This document shows, piece after piece, positions 17,548 through 26,735 of a stretch of 33,338 nt of DNA. The DNA is from a virus: UHGV virus genome UHGV-0373465, one strand, 5' to 3'. The first letter of the stretch is position 1, and every line of letters begins with the position of its first letter. The notes beneath the pieces are model-generated. The model was not told the DNA's origin, ran no database searches, and saw only the letters and a list, made by a program, of their open reading frames with translations. A program made the translations under genes and the position numbers.

Positions 17548-17973
17548 ATGAAGAAATTATCCCTTTCACTGATGCTGAACGTGTCGCTGGCGCTGATGCC
17601 GGCACTGTCCCTGATTTACCCGCAGAGCGTGGCCGTCAGTTTTGTCGCCGCCTGGGCGATTCTGGCGACGGTTATCTGTGTGGTTGCCGGTGGTGTCGGC
17701 GTGTATGCCACTGAGTATGTGCTGGAACGCTACGGGCGGGAGCTGCCGCCGGAATCGCTGGTCGTGAAGATTGTCACGTCGCTGTTTTTGCAGCCGGTGC
17801 CGTGGTGCAGACGGGCAGTGGCTCTGGTGGTGATGGTGGCGACATTTATCTCGCTGGTCGCCGCCGGATGGATTTTTACCGCGCTGATTTATCTCGTGGC
17901 GTCACTGTTTTTCCGGCTGATACGCACGGCCTGCCATCAGCGTTTTGAGGGGCGGGAACTATGTCAAAGCTGA
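17548..17973 (+). CDS. lysA: Lysis regulatory membrane protein LysA
   Basis: 141 aa with multiple transmembrane helices; position after K as in P2. Confidence 0.75.
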   Translation: MKKLSLSLMLNVSLALMPALSLIYPQSVAVSFVAAWAILATVICVVAGGVGVYATEYVLERYGRELPPESLVVKIVTSLFLQPVPWCRRAVALVVMVATFISLVAAGWIFTALIYLVASLFFRLIRTACHQRFEGRELCQS

Positions 17974-18386
17974 TGATTGTGCTGGTTGTGTTGTTATCAC
18001 TGGCGGTAGCGGCGCTGTTTCTGGTGAAGCATGAAAATGCCAGCCTGCGCACCTCACTGGGCAGGGCGAACAGCGTCGCCAGCGGGCAGCAGACGACCAT
18101 CACCATGCTGAAAAATCAGCTTCATGTTGCCCTCACCAGGGCAGACAAAAACGAGCTGGCGCAGGTGGCACTGCGTCAGGAACTGGAGAACGCCGCGAAG
18201 CGTGAAGCACTGCGCGAGAAAACCATCACGAGGTTACTTAATGAAAACGAAGATTTCCGCCGCTGGTACGGTGCTGACCTGCCTGATGCTGTGCGCCGGT
18301 TGCACCAGCGTCCGGCCTGCGCCGACGCCAGTGATTGTCCACAACGCCTGCCCGAAAGTGAGTCTTTGCCCGATGCCGGGCAGTGA
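17961..18386 (+). CDS. lysB: Rz-like spanin (i-spanin) LysB
   Basis: 141 aa; N-terminal signal-anchor MSKLMIVLVVLLSLAVAALFL followed by a coiled-coil-like region. Confidence 0.75.
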   Translation: MSKLMIVLVVLLSLAVAALFLVKHENASLRTSLGRANSVASGQQTTITMLKNQLHVALTRADKNELAQVALRQELENAAKREALREKTITRLLNENEDFRRWYGADLPDAVRRLHQRPACADASDCPQRLPESESLPDAGQ

Positions 18387-18531
18387 CCCGCAGAAGAACG
18401 GCGATTTAAGTGCCGATATCCGGCAGCTTGAGAACGCGCTGGCACGCTGTGCCAGCCAGGTAAAAATGATTAAACACTGTCAGGACGAAAACGATGCTCA
18501 AACCCGACAGCCTGCGCAGGGCGCTGACTGA
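18241..18531 (+). CDS. lysC: Rz1-like outer-membrane lipoprotein spanin LysC (nested in lysB, alternate frame)
   Basis: ATG 18241 inside lysB in another frame; lipoprotein signal MKTKISAAGTVLTCLMLCAGC with lipobox; 96 aa, as recalled for P2 LysC; GAGG Shine-Dalgarno upstream. Confidence 0.7.
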   Translation: MKTKISAAGTVLTCLMLCAGCTSVRPAPTPVIVHNACPKVSLCPMPGSDPQKNGDLSADIRQLENALARCASQVKMIKHCQDENDAQTRQPAQGAD

Positions 18532-18961
18532 TGCCGTCACGGTGCTGAAAACCAGTCCAGAGATGCTGCGGATATTCGTGGATAACGGGAGTATTGCCTC
18601 CACACTGGCGACGTCGTTGTCATTCGAAAAGCGTTACACGCTCAATGTGATTGTGACCGACTTTACCGGTGATTTTGACCTGCTCATCGTGCCGGTGCTG
18701 GCATGGCTGCGGGAAAATCAGCCCGACATCATGACCACCGACGAAGGCCAGAAAAAGGGCTTCACGTTTTATGCAGACATCAACAATGACAGCAGCTTTG
18801 ATATCAGTATCAGCCTGATGCTGACCGAGCGCACGCTGGTCAGTGAGGTGGACGGCGCACTGCATGTGAAGAATATCCCGGAACCCCCGCCGCCGGAGCC
18901 GGTCACCCGCCCGATGGAGCTTTATATCAATGGCGAACTGGTGAGCAAGTGGGATGAATGA
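18494..18961 (+). CDS. R: Tail completion protein gpR
   Basis: 155 aa, equal to recalled P2 gpR; gene order. Confidence 0.8.
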   Translation: MLKPDSLRRALTDAVTVLKTSPEMLRIFVDNGSIASTLATSLSFEKRYTLNVIVTDFTGDFDLLIVPVLAWLRENQPDIMTTDEGQKKGFTFYADINNDSSFDISISLMLTERTLVSEVDGALHVKNIPEPPPPEPVTRPMELYINGELVSKWDE

Positions 18962-19406
18962 GTTTAAGCGTTTTGAAGACCGGCTGACCGGACTGATTGA
19001 GTCGCTGTCACCGTCAGGGCGTCGGCGGCTGAGTGCAGAGCTGGCGAAGCGTCTGCGGCAGAGTCAGCAGCGTCGGGTGATGGCACAGAAAGCCCCGGAC
19101 GGCACACCCTACGCGCCACGCCAGCAGCAGAGCGCCAGAAAAAAGACCGGTCGTGTTAAGCGAAAAATGTTTGCGAAACTTATCACCAGTCGTTTTTTGC
19201 ATATCCGCGCCAGCCCGGAACAGGCATCAATGGAATTTTACGGCGGGAAGTCGCCGAAAATCGCCAGTGTGCATCAGTTCGGTCTGTCGGAAGAAACCCG
19301 GAAAGACGGTAAGAAAATTGATTATCCGGCGCGTCCTCTGCTCGGCTTTACCGGTGAGGATGTGCAGATGATTGAAGAGATTATCCTGACTCACCTTGAG
19401 CGTTAG
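18954..19406 (+). CDS. S: Tail completion protein gpS
   Basis: 150 aa, equal to recalled P2 gpS; overlaps R by 8 nt. Confidence 0.8.
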   Translation: MNEFKRFEDRLTGLIESLSPSGRRRLSAELAKRLRQSQQRRVMAQKAPDGTPYAPRQQQSARKKTGRVKRKMFAKLITSRFLHIRASPEQASMEFYGGKSPKIASVHQFGLSEETRKDGKKIDYPARPLLGFTGEDVQMIEEIILTHLER

Positions 19407-19436
19407 TTTTATCCAGGCAGAGGCTGATGCGCAATT

Positions 19437-19471
19437 AAACATTGAGCGGCCATGCTGGTCGCTCAATGTTT
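19437..19471. terminator. Stem-loop between convergent S and the antisense moron gene (possible bidirectional terminator)
   Basis: Inverted repeat aaacattgagcg (19437-19448) / cgctcaatgttt (19460-19471) with an 11-nt loop; no strong T-run, so terminator function is tentative. Confidence 0.35.
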
Positions 19472-19477
19472 AGAGGT

Positions 19478-20263
19478 TTATGAGTGATTTTTATTTGATG
19501 CTTTGTATTCTAAAACCTTCTTATTGGCGTAAAAGAATTTTGTATATGACAGGAATATAACCAGACCTGAAGTGAAATAGACGAGGGATAGTATTAATAA
19601 TGCTTTTTTGTGACTGTTATTATCTTTAATCTCCTGGCTTAACCATTCGGAGTCCTCCTCGTTTAGCTGTAAGAGCTTATTGCAGGCGATCTCAGGAAGT
19701 GTGTCTTTTATAAATACGTTTTGCAGTCTCTTGCAATCGGCAAGGCTATAAGTTTTATTAAATTCAACTGCTTTATTTTTGAAGGATAAAAGAACTTTGT
19801 CACTATAAACATAGTACATCATGTTTTTATATGGTATGCCTATGGCATCCCTTACTATAACGGATTGTTCGTTGTGTATATAACATGCGAAGAGAATATA
19901 AATAATGCTGGACAGAATTACAATTATTGTTTTAATTATGTGTGGTGGTTTTGTTATGTCACCCCAGAAGCGAGTAAGAAAAAAATACGATGTTTTTAGT
20001 TTTCCATCAATCAGCCCCTGCTGTATCATTCTCACATCTTCGATGCCTGATACATTGATTCCGTTAATTATTTTAAATAGTTGAATGTCGCGCCATTTTT
20101 TGTCGAGCATTTTTAACTTTCTGTCTGAATACTCAAAATTGAAATAATGTGCAATAAACCTCATAAGATTACTTTTACCAAAGGTAATAAATGTTAATGC
20201 TATTAATAAAAATAGATACAAAGAGATAAACCACCACGCATTAGTCACATTATCACTGAACAT
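19478..20263 (-). CDS. Hypothetical three-TM membrane protein (moron at the P2 orf30 position)
   Basis: 261 aa, very AT-rich, antisense to the flanking late genes; predicted transmembrane helices at the N-terminus (WWFISLYLFLLIALTFITF), middle (IIKTIIVILSSIIYILFACYI) and C-terminus (ALLILSLVYFTSGLVIFL). Confidence 0.65.
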   Translation of the reverse strand: MFSDNVTNAWWFISLYLFLLIALTFITFGKSNLMRFIAHYFNFEYSDRKLKMLDKKWRDIQLFKIINGINVSGIEDVRMIQQGLIDGKLKTSYFFLTRFWGDITKPPHIIKTIIVILSSIIYILFACYIHNEQSVIVRDAIGIPYKNMMYYVYSDKVLLSFKNKAVEFNKTYSLADCKRLQNVFIKDTLPEIACNKLLQLNEEDSEWLSQEIKDNNSHKKALLILSLVYFTSGLVIFLSYTKFFYANKKVLEYKASNKNHS

Positions 20264-20346
20264 TACGCTCTCCTCGAATGTTGTATGGTCGTTCTACAAA
20301 TGAATCCAGATAGCATAACTTTTATATATTGTGCAATCTCACACGC

Positions 20347-20982
20347 ATGAACACTCTCGCAAATATTCAGGAACTCGCGCGCGCACTGCGCAACATGATT
20401 CGTACCGGCCTTGTCGTCGAAACCAACCTTAAAGCCGGTCGCTGCCGTGTGCAGACCGGTGGCATGTGCACTGACTGGCTTCAGTGGCTGACCCATCGTG
20501 CCGGACGTTCGCGCACATGGTGGGCACCTTCCGTGGGGGAACAGGTGCTGATTCTGGCTGTGGGCGGTGAACTCGACACGGCGTTCGTTCTGCCGGGGAT
20601 TTATTCCGGCGATAACCCCGCGCCGTCTGCGTCGGCGGATGCCCTGCATATCCGTTTCCCTGACGGGGCGGTGATTGAGTATGAACCCGAAACCAGTGCA
20701 CTCACGGCAAGCGGAATTAAAACGGCCAGCGTGACGGCTTCTGATTCTGTTACTGCCACGGTGCCGGTGGTCATGGTGAAAGCATCAACCCGCGTCACCC
20801 TGGACACCCCGGAGGTGGTCTGCACCAACAGGCTGATTACCGGCACGCTGGAAGTGCAGAAGGGCGGGACGATGCGCGGCAACATTGAACACACCGGCGG
20901 TGAACTCTCATCAAACGGTAAGGTACTGCATACCCATAAACACCCCGGCGACAGCGGCGGCACAACCGGGAGCCCTCTATGA
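20347..20982 (+). CDS. V: Baseplate spike/assembly protein gpV
   Basis: ORF 20329-20982; ATG 20347 gives 211 aa, equal to recalled P2 gpV. Confidence 0.8.
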   Translation: MNTLANIQELARALRNMIRTGLVVETNLKAGRCRVQTGGMCTDWLQWLTHRAGRSRTWWAPSVGEQVLILAVGGELDTAFVLPGIYSGDNPAPSASADALHIRFPDGAVIEYEPETSALTASGIKTASVTASDSVTATVPVVMVKASTRVTLDTPEVVCTNRLITGTLEVQKGGTMRGNIEHTGGELSSNGKVLHTHKHPGDSGGTTGSPL

Positions 20983-21326
20983 CAGCGCGTTATCTCGGAA
21001 TGAATCGCAGTGATGGCCTGACTGTCACTGACCTTGAGCATATCAGCCAGAGTATCGGCGATATCCTGCGCACACCGGTCGGCTCACGGGTGATGCGTCG
21101 TGATTACGGCTCGTTGCTGGCGTCAATGATTGACCAGCCGCAGACCCCGGCGCTTGAGTTGCAGATTAAGGTCGCCTGTTACATGGCAGTGCTGAAATGG
21201 GAACCCCGCGTCACCCTGTCATCCGTCACCACTGAGCGCAGTTTTGACGGGCGAATGACGGTCACGTTAACCGGCCAGCACAACGACACCGGCCAGCCAC
21301 TTTCGTTAACCATCCCTGTGAGTTGA
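20979..21326 (+). CDS. W: Baseplate protein gpW (GPW/gp25 family)
   Basis: 115 aa, equal to recalled P2 gpW; ATGA overlap with V. Confidence 0.8.
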   Translation: MTARYLGMNRSDGLTVTDLEHISQSIGDILRTPVGSRVMRRDYGSLLASMIDQPQTPALELQIKVACYMAVLKWEPRVTLSSVTTERSFDGRMTVTLTGQHNDTGQPLSLTIPVS

Positions 21327-21330
21327 AACC

Positions 21331-22239
21331 ATGCCGATTATCGACCTGAACCAGCTACCCGCACCGGATGTGGTCGAGGAGCTGGACTTTGAAACCATTC
21401 TCGCCGAACGCAAGGCGACACTGATTTCCCTTTACCCGGAAGACCAGCAGGAGGCGGTCGCCCGTACCCTGACGCTGGAATCTGAGCCTCTCGTCAAACT
21501 GCTGGAGGAAAATGCTTATCGTGAGCTTATCTGGCGTCAGCGTGTGAATGAGGCCGCACGGGCGGTAATGCTGGCCTGTGCCGCCGGTAATGACCTTGAT
21601 GTGATTGGTGCCAATTACAACACCACGCGTCTGACTATCACCCCGGCAGATGATTCGACCATCCCGCCGACACCGGCAGTGATGGAGTCTGACACCGATT
21701 ATCGTCTGCGTATTCAGCAGGCGTTTGAGGGTTTAAGCGTCGCCGGGTCGGTGGGTGCCTATCAGTATCATGGTCGCAGTGCCGACGGGCGCGTCGCGGA
21801 TATCTCTGTCACCAGTCCGTCTCCGGCCTGCGTCACCATCTCCGTGCTGTCACGTGAAAATAACGGCGTCGCATCCGAAGACCTGCTGGCCGTGGTGCGT
21901 AACGCCCTTAATGGCGAGGACGTCAGACCGGTGGCCGACCGCGTGACCGTGCAGTCTGCCGCCATTGTTGAATACCAGATAAACGCCACGCTTTACCTTT
22001 ACCCTGGTCCCGAAAGCGAACCCATCCGCGCTGCCGCTGTGAAAAAGCTGGAAGCGTATATCACGGCACAGCACCGGCTGGGGCGCGACATCCGTCTGTC
22101 TGCCATTTATGCCGCTTTGCATGTGGAAGGTGTGCAGCGTGTCGAACTGGCTGCACCACTGGCCGACATCGTGCTCAACAGTACGCAGGCGTCTTTCTGT
22201 ACCGAATACCGCGTCGTGACCGGAGGCTCGGATGAGTGA
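21331..22239 (+). CDS. J: Baseplate protein gpJ
   Basis: 302 aa, equal to recalled P2 gpJ. Confidence 0.8.
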   Translation: MPIIDLNQLPAPDVVEELDFETILAERKATLISLYPEDQQEAVARTLTLESEPLVKLLEENAYRELIWRQRVNEAARAVMLACAAGNDLDVIGANYNTTRLTITPADDSTIPPTPAVMESDTDYRLRIQQAFEGLSVAGSVGAYQYHGRSADGRVADISVTSPSPACVTISVLSRENNGVASEDLLAVVRNALNGEDVRPVADRVTVQSAAIVEYQINATLYLYPGPESEPIRAAAVKKLEAYITAQHRLGRDIRLSAIYAALHVEGVQRVELAAPLADIVLNSTQASFCTEYRVVTGGSDE

Positions 22240-22762
22240 TTCGCGACTGCTGCCGACCGGCTCATCACCGCTTGAGGTCGCCGCCGCAAAAGCCTGTGCG
22301 GAAATTGAAAAAACGCCGGTCAGTATTCGTGAGCTGTGGAACCCGGACACCTGTCCGGCAAATCTGCTGCCGTGGCTGGCGTGGGCGTTTTCGGTCGACA
22401 GGTGGGATGAAAAGTGGCCGGAAGCGACAAAACGCGCCGTTATCCGCGATGCGTATTTCATCCACTGTCATAAAGGCACAATAGGTGCAATCCGGCGTGT
22501 GGTGGAGCCGCTCGGCTATCTCATCAACGTGACGGAGTGGTGGGAAAACAGTGACCCGCCCGGCACCTTCCGGCTTGATATTGGTGTACTGGAAAGCGGC
22601 ATCACAGAGGCAATGTATCAGGAAATGGAACGGCTGATTGCTGATGCCAAACCTGCAAGCCGCCACCTTATTGGCCTGAACATTACCCGGGACATTCCCG
22701 GCTACCTGTTCGCCGGTGGTGTGGCTTACGACGGCGATGTAATTACGGTTTACCCCGGATAA
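22232..22762 (+). CDS. I: Baseplate/tail protein gpI
   Basis: 176 aa, equal to recalled P2 gpI; overlaps J by 8 nt. Confidence 0.8.
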   Translation: MSDSRLLPTGSSPLEVAAAKACAEIEKTPVSIRELWNPDTCPANLLPWLAWAFSVDRWDEKWPEATKRAVIRDAYFIHCHKGTIGAIRRVVEPLGYLINVTEWWENSDPPGTFRLDIGVLESGITEAMYQEMERLIADAKPASRHLIGLNITRDIPGYLFAGGVAYDGDVITVYPG

Positions 22763-22772
22763 GTGAGGAATA

Positions 22773-24770
22773 ATGAGCACAAAATTCAGAACCGTTATCA
22801 CCACTGCCGGTGCAGCAAAGCTGGCAGCGGCAACCGCACCGGGAGGGCGGAAGGTCAACATTACCACGATGGCCGTCGGGGATGGCGGTGGTAAATTGCC
22901 TGTCCCGGATGCCGGACAGACCGGGCTTATCCACGAAGTCTGGCGACATGCGCTGAACAAAATCAGCCAGGACAAACGAAACAGTAATTATATTATCGCA
23001 GAGCTGGTTATTCCGCCGGAGGTGGGCGGTTTCTGGATGCGTGAGCTTGGCCTGTACGATGATGCGGGAACGTTAATTGCTGTGGCGAACATGGCCGAAA
23101 GTTATAAGCCAGCTCTTGCCGAAGGCTCAGGGCGTTCGCAGACCTGCCGTATGGTCATCATCGTCAGCAGTGTGACCTCAGTGGCGCTGACCATTGACAC
23201 CACAACGGTGATGGCGACGCAGGATTACGTTGATGACAAAATTGCAGAACATGAACAGTCACGACGTCACCCGGACGCCTCGCTGACCGCAAAAGGTTTT
23301 ACTCAGTTAAGCAGTGCGACCAACAGCACGTCTGAAACACTGGCTGCAACGCCAAAGGCGGTAAAGGCCGCCTATGACCTTGCTAACGGGAAATATACCG
23401 CACAGGACGCCACCACAGCACGAAAAGGCCTTGTCCAGCTCAGTAGTGCCACCAACAGCACGTCTGAAACGCTCGCTGCAACACCAAAAGCGGTAAAAGC
23501 AGCATATGACCTTGCTAACGGGAAATATACCGCACAGGACGCCACCACAGCGCGAAAAGGCCTTGTTCAGCTCAGTAGCGCCACCAACAGCGATTCTGAA
23601 ACGCTGGCCGCAACGCCAAAGGCGGTAAAGGTCGCGTATGACCTTGCTAACGGGAAATACACTGCACAGGATGCCACCACAGCGCGAAAAGGGCTTGTTC
23701 AGCTCAGTAGCGCCACCAACAGTGATTCTGAAACACTGGCCGCAACACCAAAAGCGGTGAAGTCTGCCTATGACAATGCTGAAAAACGTCTTCAGAAAGA
23801 TCAGAACGGTGCGGATATTCCTGATAAAAGATTATTCCTGCGCAATATTGGAGCAACAAATTCAACAACCATGTCTTTTAGTGGTGGTACAGGATGGTTC
23901 AGGCTGGCAACTGTAACCATGCCCCAGGCCAGTTCCGTGGTTTACATAAGCCTGATTGGTGGTGCCGGATATAATGTTAACTCCCCTATGCAGGCTGGTA
24001 TATCTGAACTTGTTCTTCGTGCGGGAAATGGAAATCCAAAAGGTCTTACTGGTGCGTTATGGCGACGGACATCGGTTGGATTTACTAATTTTGCATGGGT
24101 GAATACATCCGGTGATACCTATGATGTTTATGTTGAAATAGGTAATTACGCCACAGGTGTTAATATTCAGTGGGATTATACCAGTAATGCCAGCGTAACG
24201 ATTCATACATCACCAACTTATACAGCGAATAAACCAACAGGCCTGACAGATGGAACTGTATATGTAATTTACAGTTCGCACATTAAACCGACTGCTGCTG
24301 ATGTTGGGGCGTTATCATTATCTGGAGGTCAATTGAATGGTGCACTGGGCATCGGTACATCCAGTGCTCTTGGCGGTAACTCGATTGTTTTGGGTGATAA
24401 TGACACAGGCTTTAAACAAAATGGCGACGGTAATCTGGATGTTTATGCTAATAACGTTCATGTTATGCGCTTTGTCTCCGGTAGCATTCAAAGTAATAAA
24501 ACCATAAATATTACGGGGCGTGTTAATCCCACAGATTACGGTAACTTTGACTCCCGCTATGTCCAGGATATCCGGCTTGGTGGTGCCGCCACATACAAAC
24601 CTGCGAACAATGGCATGACATGGACACATCAGGTACCGTCAGGGTGTGTATATACCGGCATTATTGTTCAGGATACCGGCTCAAACTCTGCCGATAACAT
24701 TGGTGGCGTATATTACAGACCGGTGCAGAAATACATTAACGGGACATGGTATAACGTGGCGCAGGTATAA
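22773..24770 (+). CDS. H: Tail fibre protein gpH
   Basis: 665 aa; conserved N-terminus, four tandem 44-aa tail-fibre repeats, then an AT-rich C-terminal receptor-binding region. Confidence 0.85.
   Translation: MSTKFRTVITTAGAAKLAAATAPGGRKVNITTMAVGDGGGKLPVPDAGQTGLIHEVWRHALNKISQDKRNSNYIIAELVIPPEVGGFWMRELGLYDDAGTLIAVANMAESYKPALAEGSGRSQTCRMVIIVSSVTSVALTIDTTTVMATQDYVDDKIAEHEQSRRHPDASLTAKGFTQLSSATNSTSETLAATPKAVKAAYDLANGKYTAQDATTARKGLVQLSSATNSTSETLAATPKAVKAAYDLANGKYTAQDATTARKGLVQLSSATNSDSETLAATPKAVKVAYDLANGKYTAQDATTARKGLVQLSSATNSDSETLAATPKAVKSAYDNAEKRLQKDQNGADIPDKRLFLRNIGATNSTTMSFSGGTGWFRLATVTMPQASSVVYISLIGGAGYNVNSPMQAGISELVLRAGNGNPKGLTGALWRRTSVGFTNFAWVNTSGDTYDVYVEIGNYATGVNIQWDYTSNASVTIHTSPTYTANKPTGLTDGTVYVIYSSHIKPTAADVGALSLSGGQLNGALGIGTSSALGGNSIVLGDNDTGFKQNGDGNLDVYANNVHVMRFVSGSIQSNKTINITGRVNPTDYGNFDSRYVQDIRLGGAATYKPANNGMTWTHQVPSGCVYTGIIVQDTGSNSADNIGGVYYRPVQKYINGTWYNVAQV
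23293..23784 (+). repeat. Tandem repeat, about 4 x 132 bp, inside tail-fibre gene H (phage tail-fibre repeat)
   Basis: Near-identical 132-bp units starting near 23427, 23559 and 23691, with a diverged first unit from about 23293; each encodes GLVQLSSATNS(T/D)SETLAATPKAVK(A/V/S)AYDLANGKYTAQDATTARK. Confidence 0.8.
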
Positions 24771-24773
24771 TTT

Positions 24774-25301
24774 ATGCAGCATTTGATAAATATAACGGCA
24801 GGTAATCCAAAAACGGTTGAACAATATCAATTGACAAAGGACTTTGATGTTGTCTGGTTTTTTACAGAAGATGGTAAGAACTGGTACGAAGAACAAAAGT
24901 ATTTTGCTGATGACACGATAAAAATAGCGTACGACAAAGATAATATTATCCGCTATGTAGAAAAGGATGTGACAGCTATCAGACCGGATGGATTAAGTGT
25001 TGTTGAAGTGCCGGATATTACTGCTAACCGACGGGCGGACATTTCAGGGAACTGGATGTTTAAGGACGGCAAAGTGATTAAACGCATTTATACGGCAGAG
25101 GAATTACAACAGCAGGCAGAAATTCGGAAAGCCAGACTTCTTGCAGATGCTGAATCCGTGATTTTGCCGCTGGAGCGCGCTGTCAGGCTGAATATGGCAA
25201 CAGATGAGGAGCGCAGCCGACTGGAAGCATGGGAACGCTACAGCGTTCTGGTCAGTCGTGTGGATCCTGCAAATCCTGAATGGCCGGAAATGCCGCAATA
25301 A
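24774..25301 (+). CDS. G: Tail fibre assembly chaperone gpG
   Basis: 175 aa, equal to recalled P2 gpG; directly downstream of H; AT-rich like the H C-terminus. Confidence 0.8.
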   Translation: MQHLINITAGNPKTVEQYQLTKDFDVVWFFTEDGKNWYEEQKYFADDTIKIAYDKDNIIRYVEKDVTAIRPDGLSVVEVPDITANRRADISGNWMFKDGKVIKRIYTAEELQQQAEIRKARLLADAESVILPLERAVRLNMATDEERSRLEAWERYSVLVSRVDPANPEWPEMPQ

Positions 25302-25516
25302 GTTGTATGAGCTCTAGTGTGGGCTTACATATCTATGGCACAGAGTAAAGCCTAATCTGACAGTCCACTCTGTGCCAGAGGTGGGCATTGCTGATGTCAT
25401 AAAATATTATGCCAGCAGCCGTCTTAGGGGAGTGTTTACATTTCAATGATCGGGTATGATCTCGGCATGTTAATGGTTTATTACTAAATGCTTGCGCCTA
25501 TCTTTATGGAGGAGTA

Positions 25517-26416
25517 ATGAGTGGTATTCGTATAACTCAGGCTATTGATAACAATCAGATTTTAGTAAATGTAAATACTTTTAATTATAGTGTTAATCCC
25601 TATCCACTCAAATGTCCTGACCCAAATTGCTCTGCTCATTTGGTGTATGTCAAAAGCCATATTCGTCGGAGTTTTAATAAAACCTTGCATATCCCCGCCT
25701 TCTTTAGACTGGAAAAAAATTTCACGCATGACAAATTATGCCAGTATGGAACTTCAGGATTGAATACAATTTATGCAAGTGATTCCAGTCATGATATCAG
25801 CCGTGCGCTTGCCACAGGTAATAATATATTCCGTATACATATACTCGATGAAGATGATATCTCTAAATTAAGCAGAAAAGCTGCAGCTATGCAGGCAAAT
25901 CCACCTTCTGATACTACAGACCGCGTTTATGTCAAGAGAGGTCGGAAAGCCCCTTATGTGAAGAACATGGATAGCTTACGGGAGATCTATGAATATGGAA
26001 AAGCTCACCCCAACAAGAGAAACAGCATAAAAATTGTTACTGGAACAAGTACTGTAACGTGGTCTGATTTTTTCTATGAAACAACGCAGTTAGAACGATT
26101 GTCAACTTACCTCCAGAAAGTAAAAATAGCTCAGGTTGCTGTAATTATGAAAGTGCATGTGGCGAGAATCCCTATGGCGAAATTTAATTATCGACACTTC
26201 ATTGAAGGTTCGCCAATGAGGATAAAAGGGGGCTTTAATATATATCCTACGATTCAATTAGGAAATGTTACTCCAAAATTATTTCCGTTGAGTAGCATTG
26301 TCATGGTACTCGGTAAATTTACTATTCCAACAAATAGAAAAATGATAATGGATCCAATATTTGAGCGTGAAGTCAGAACCATAGTTTCTAGTGAAGAGCA
26401 AGTGCTAATTCTTTGA
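25517..26416 (+). CDS. Hypothetical protein at the P2 Z/fun slot (possible Z/fun-like superinfection-exclusion gene)
   Basis: 299 aa, strongly AT-rich, own RBS (GGAGGAG before ATG 25517), flanked by about 215 bp and 320 bp non-coding spacers between G and FI; no recognisable catalytic motif. Confidence 0.6.
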   Translation: MSGIRITQAIDNNQILVNVNTFNYSVNPYPLKCPDPNCSAHLVYVKSHIRRSFNKTLHIPAFFRLEKNFTHDKLCQYGTSGLNTIYASDSSHDISRALATGNNIFRIHILDEDDISKLSRKAAAMQANPPSDTTDRVYVKRGRKAPYVKNMDSLREIYEYGKAHPNKRNSIKIVTGTSTVTWSDFFYETTQLERLSTYLQKVKIAQVAVIMKVHVARIPMAKFNYRHFIEGSPMRIKGGFNIYPTIQLGNVTPKLFPLSSIVMVLGKFTIPTNRKMIMDPIFEREVRTIVSSEEQVLIL

Positions 26417-26735
26417 AATCAAGAGGATTTGGCTCGGATGATTATGTGCGGCTTATAACCATAACGTAATGAGCGGATTTTTCTACTGCTTTTTATCATT
26501 TTGGTTAACTAAAACTAACCTCTGCTCCTCGCTCAAAGCAGACTGTCAGATTTGATAGCGTTTTGGCTATGTAAATTGTCAGTCGGAAAATGAGTGAGTA
26601 CAAATCAGGACAGGCGGGCGAATTGCCTGCCTTTTCTTTATCTGTTGTTTCATCCACTGACCAGCCAGGTCAAATAGCGTCTCATGCACTGCCCAACAGA
26701 AAATAGTTGCACCCATTAACCACGGAGTTAAACGG

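Noticed and set aside
21850-22975. Minus-strand ORFs of 203 and 236 aa overlapping baseplate genes J/I and the start of H
   Set aside because: Embedded antisense in the co-directional J-I-H operon with tight gene overlaps; no independent signals.
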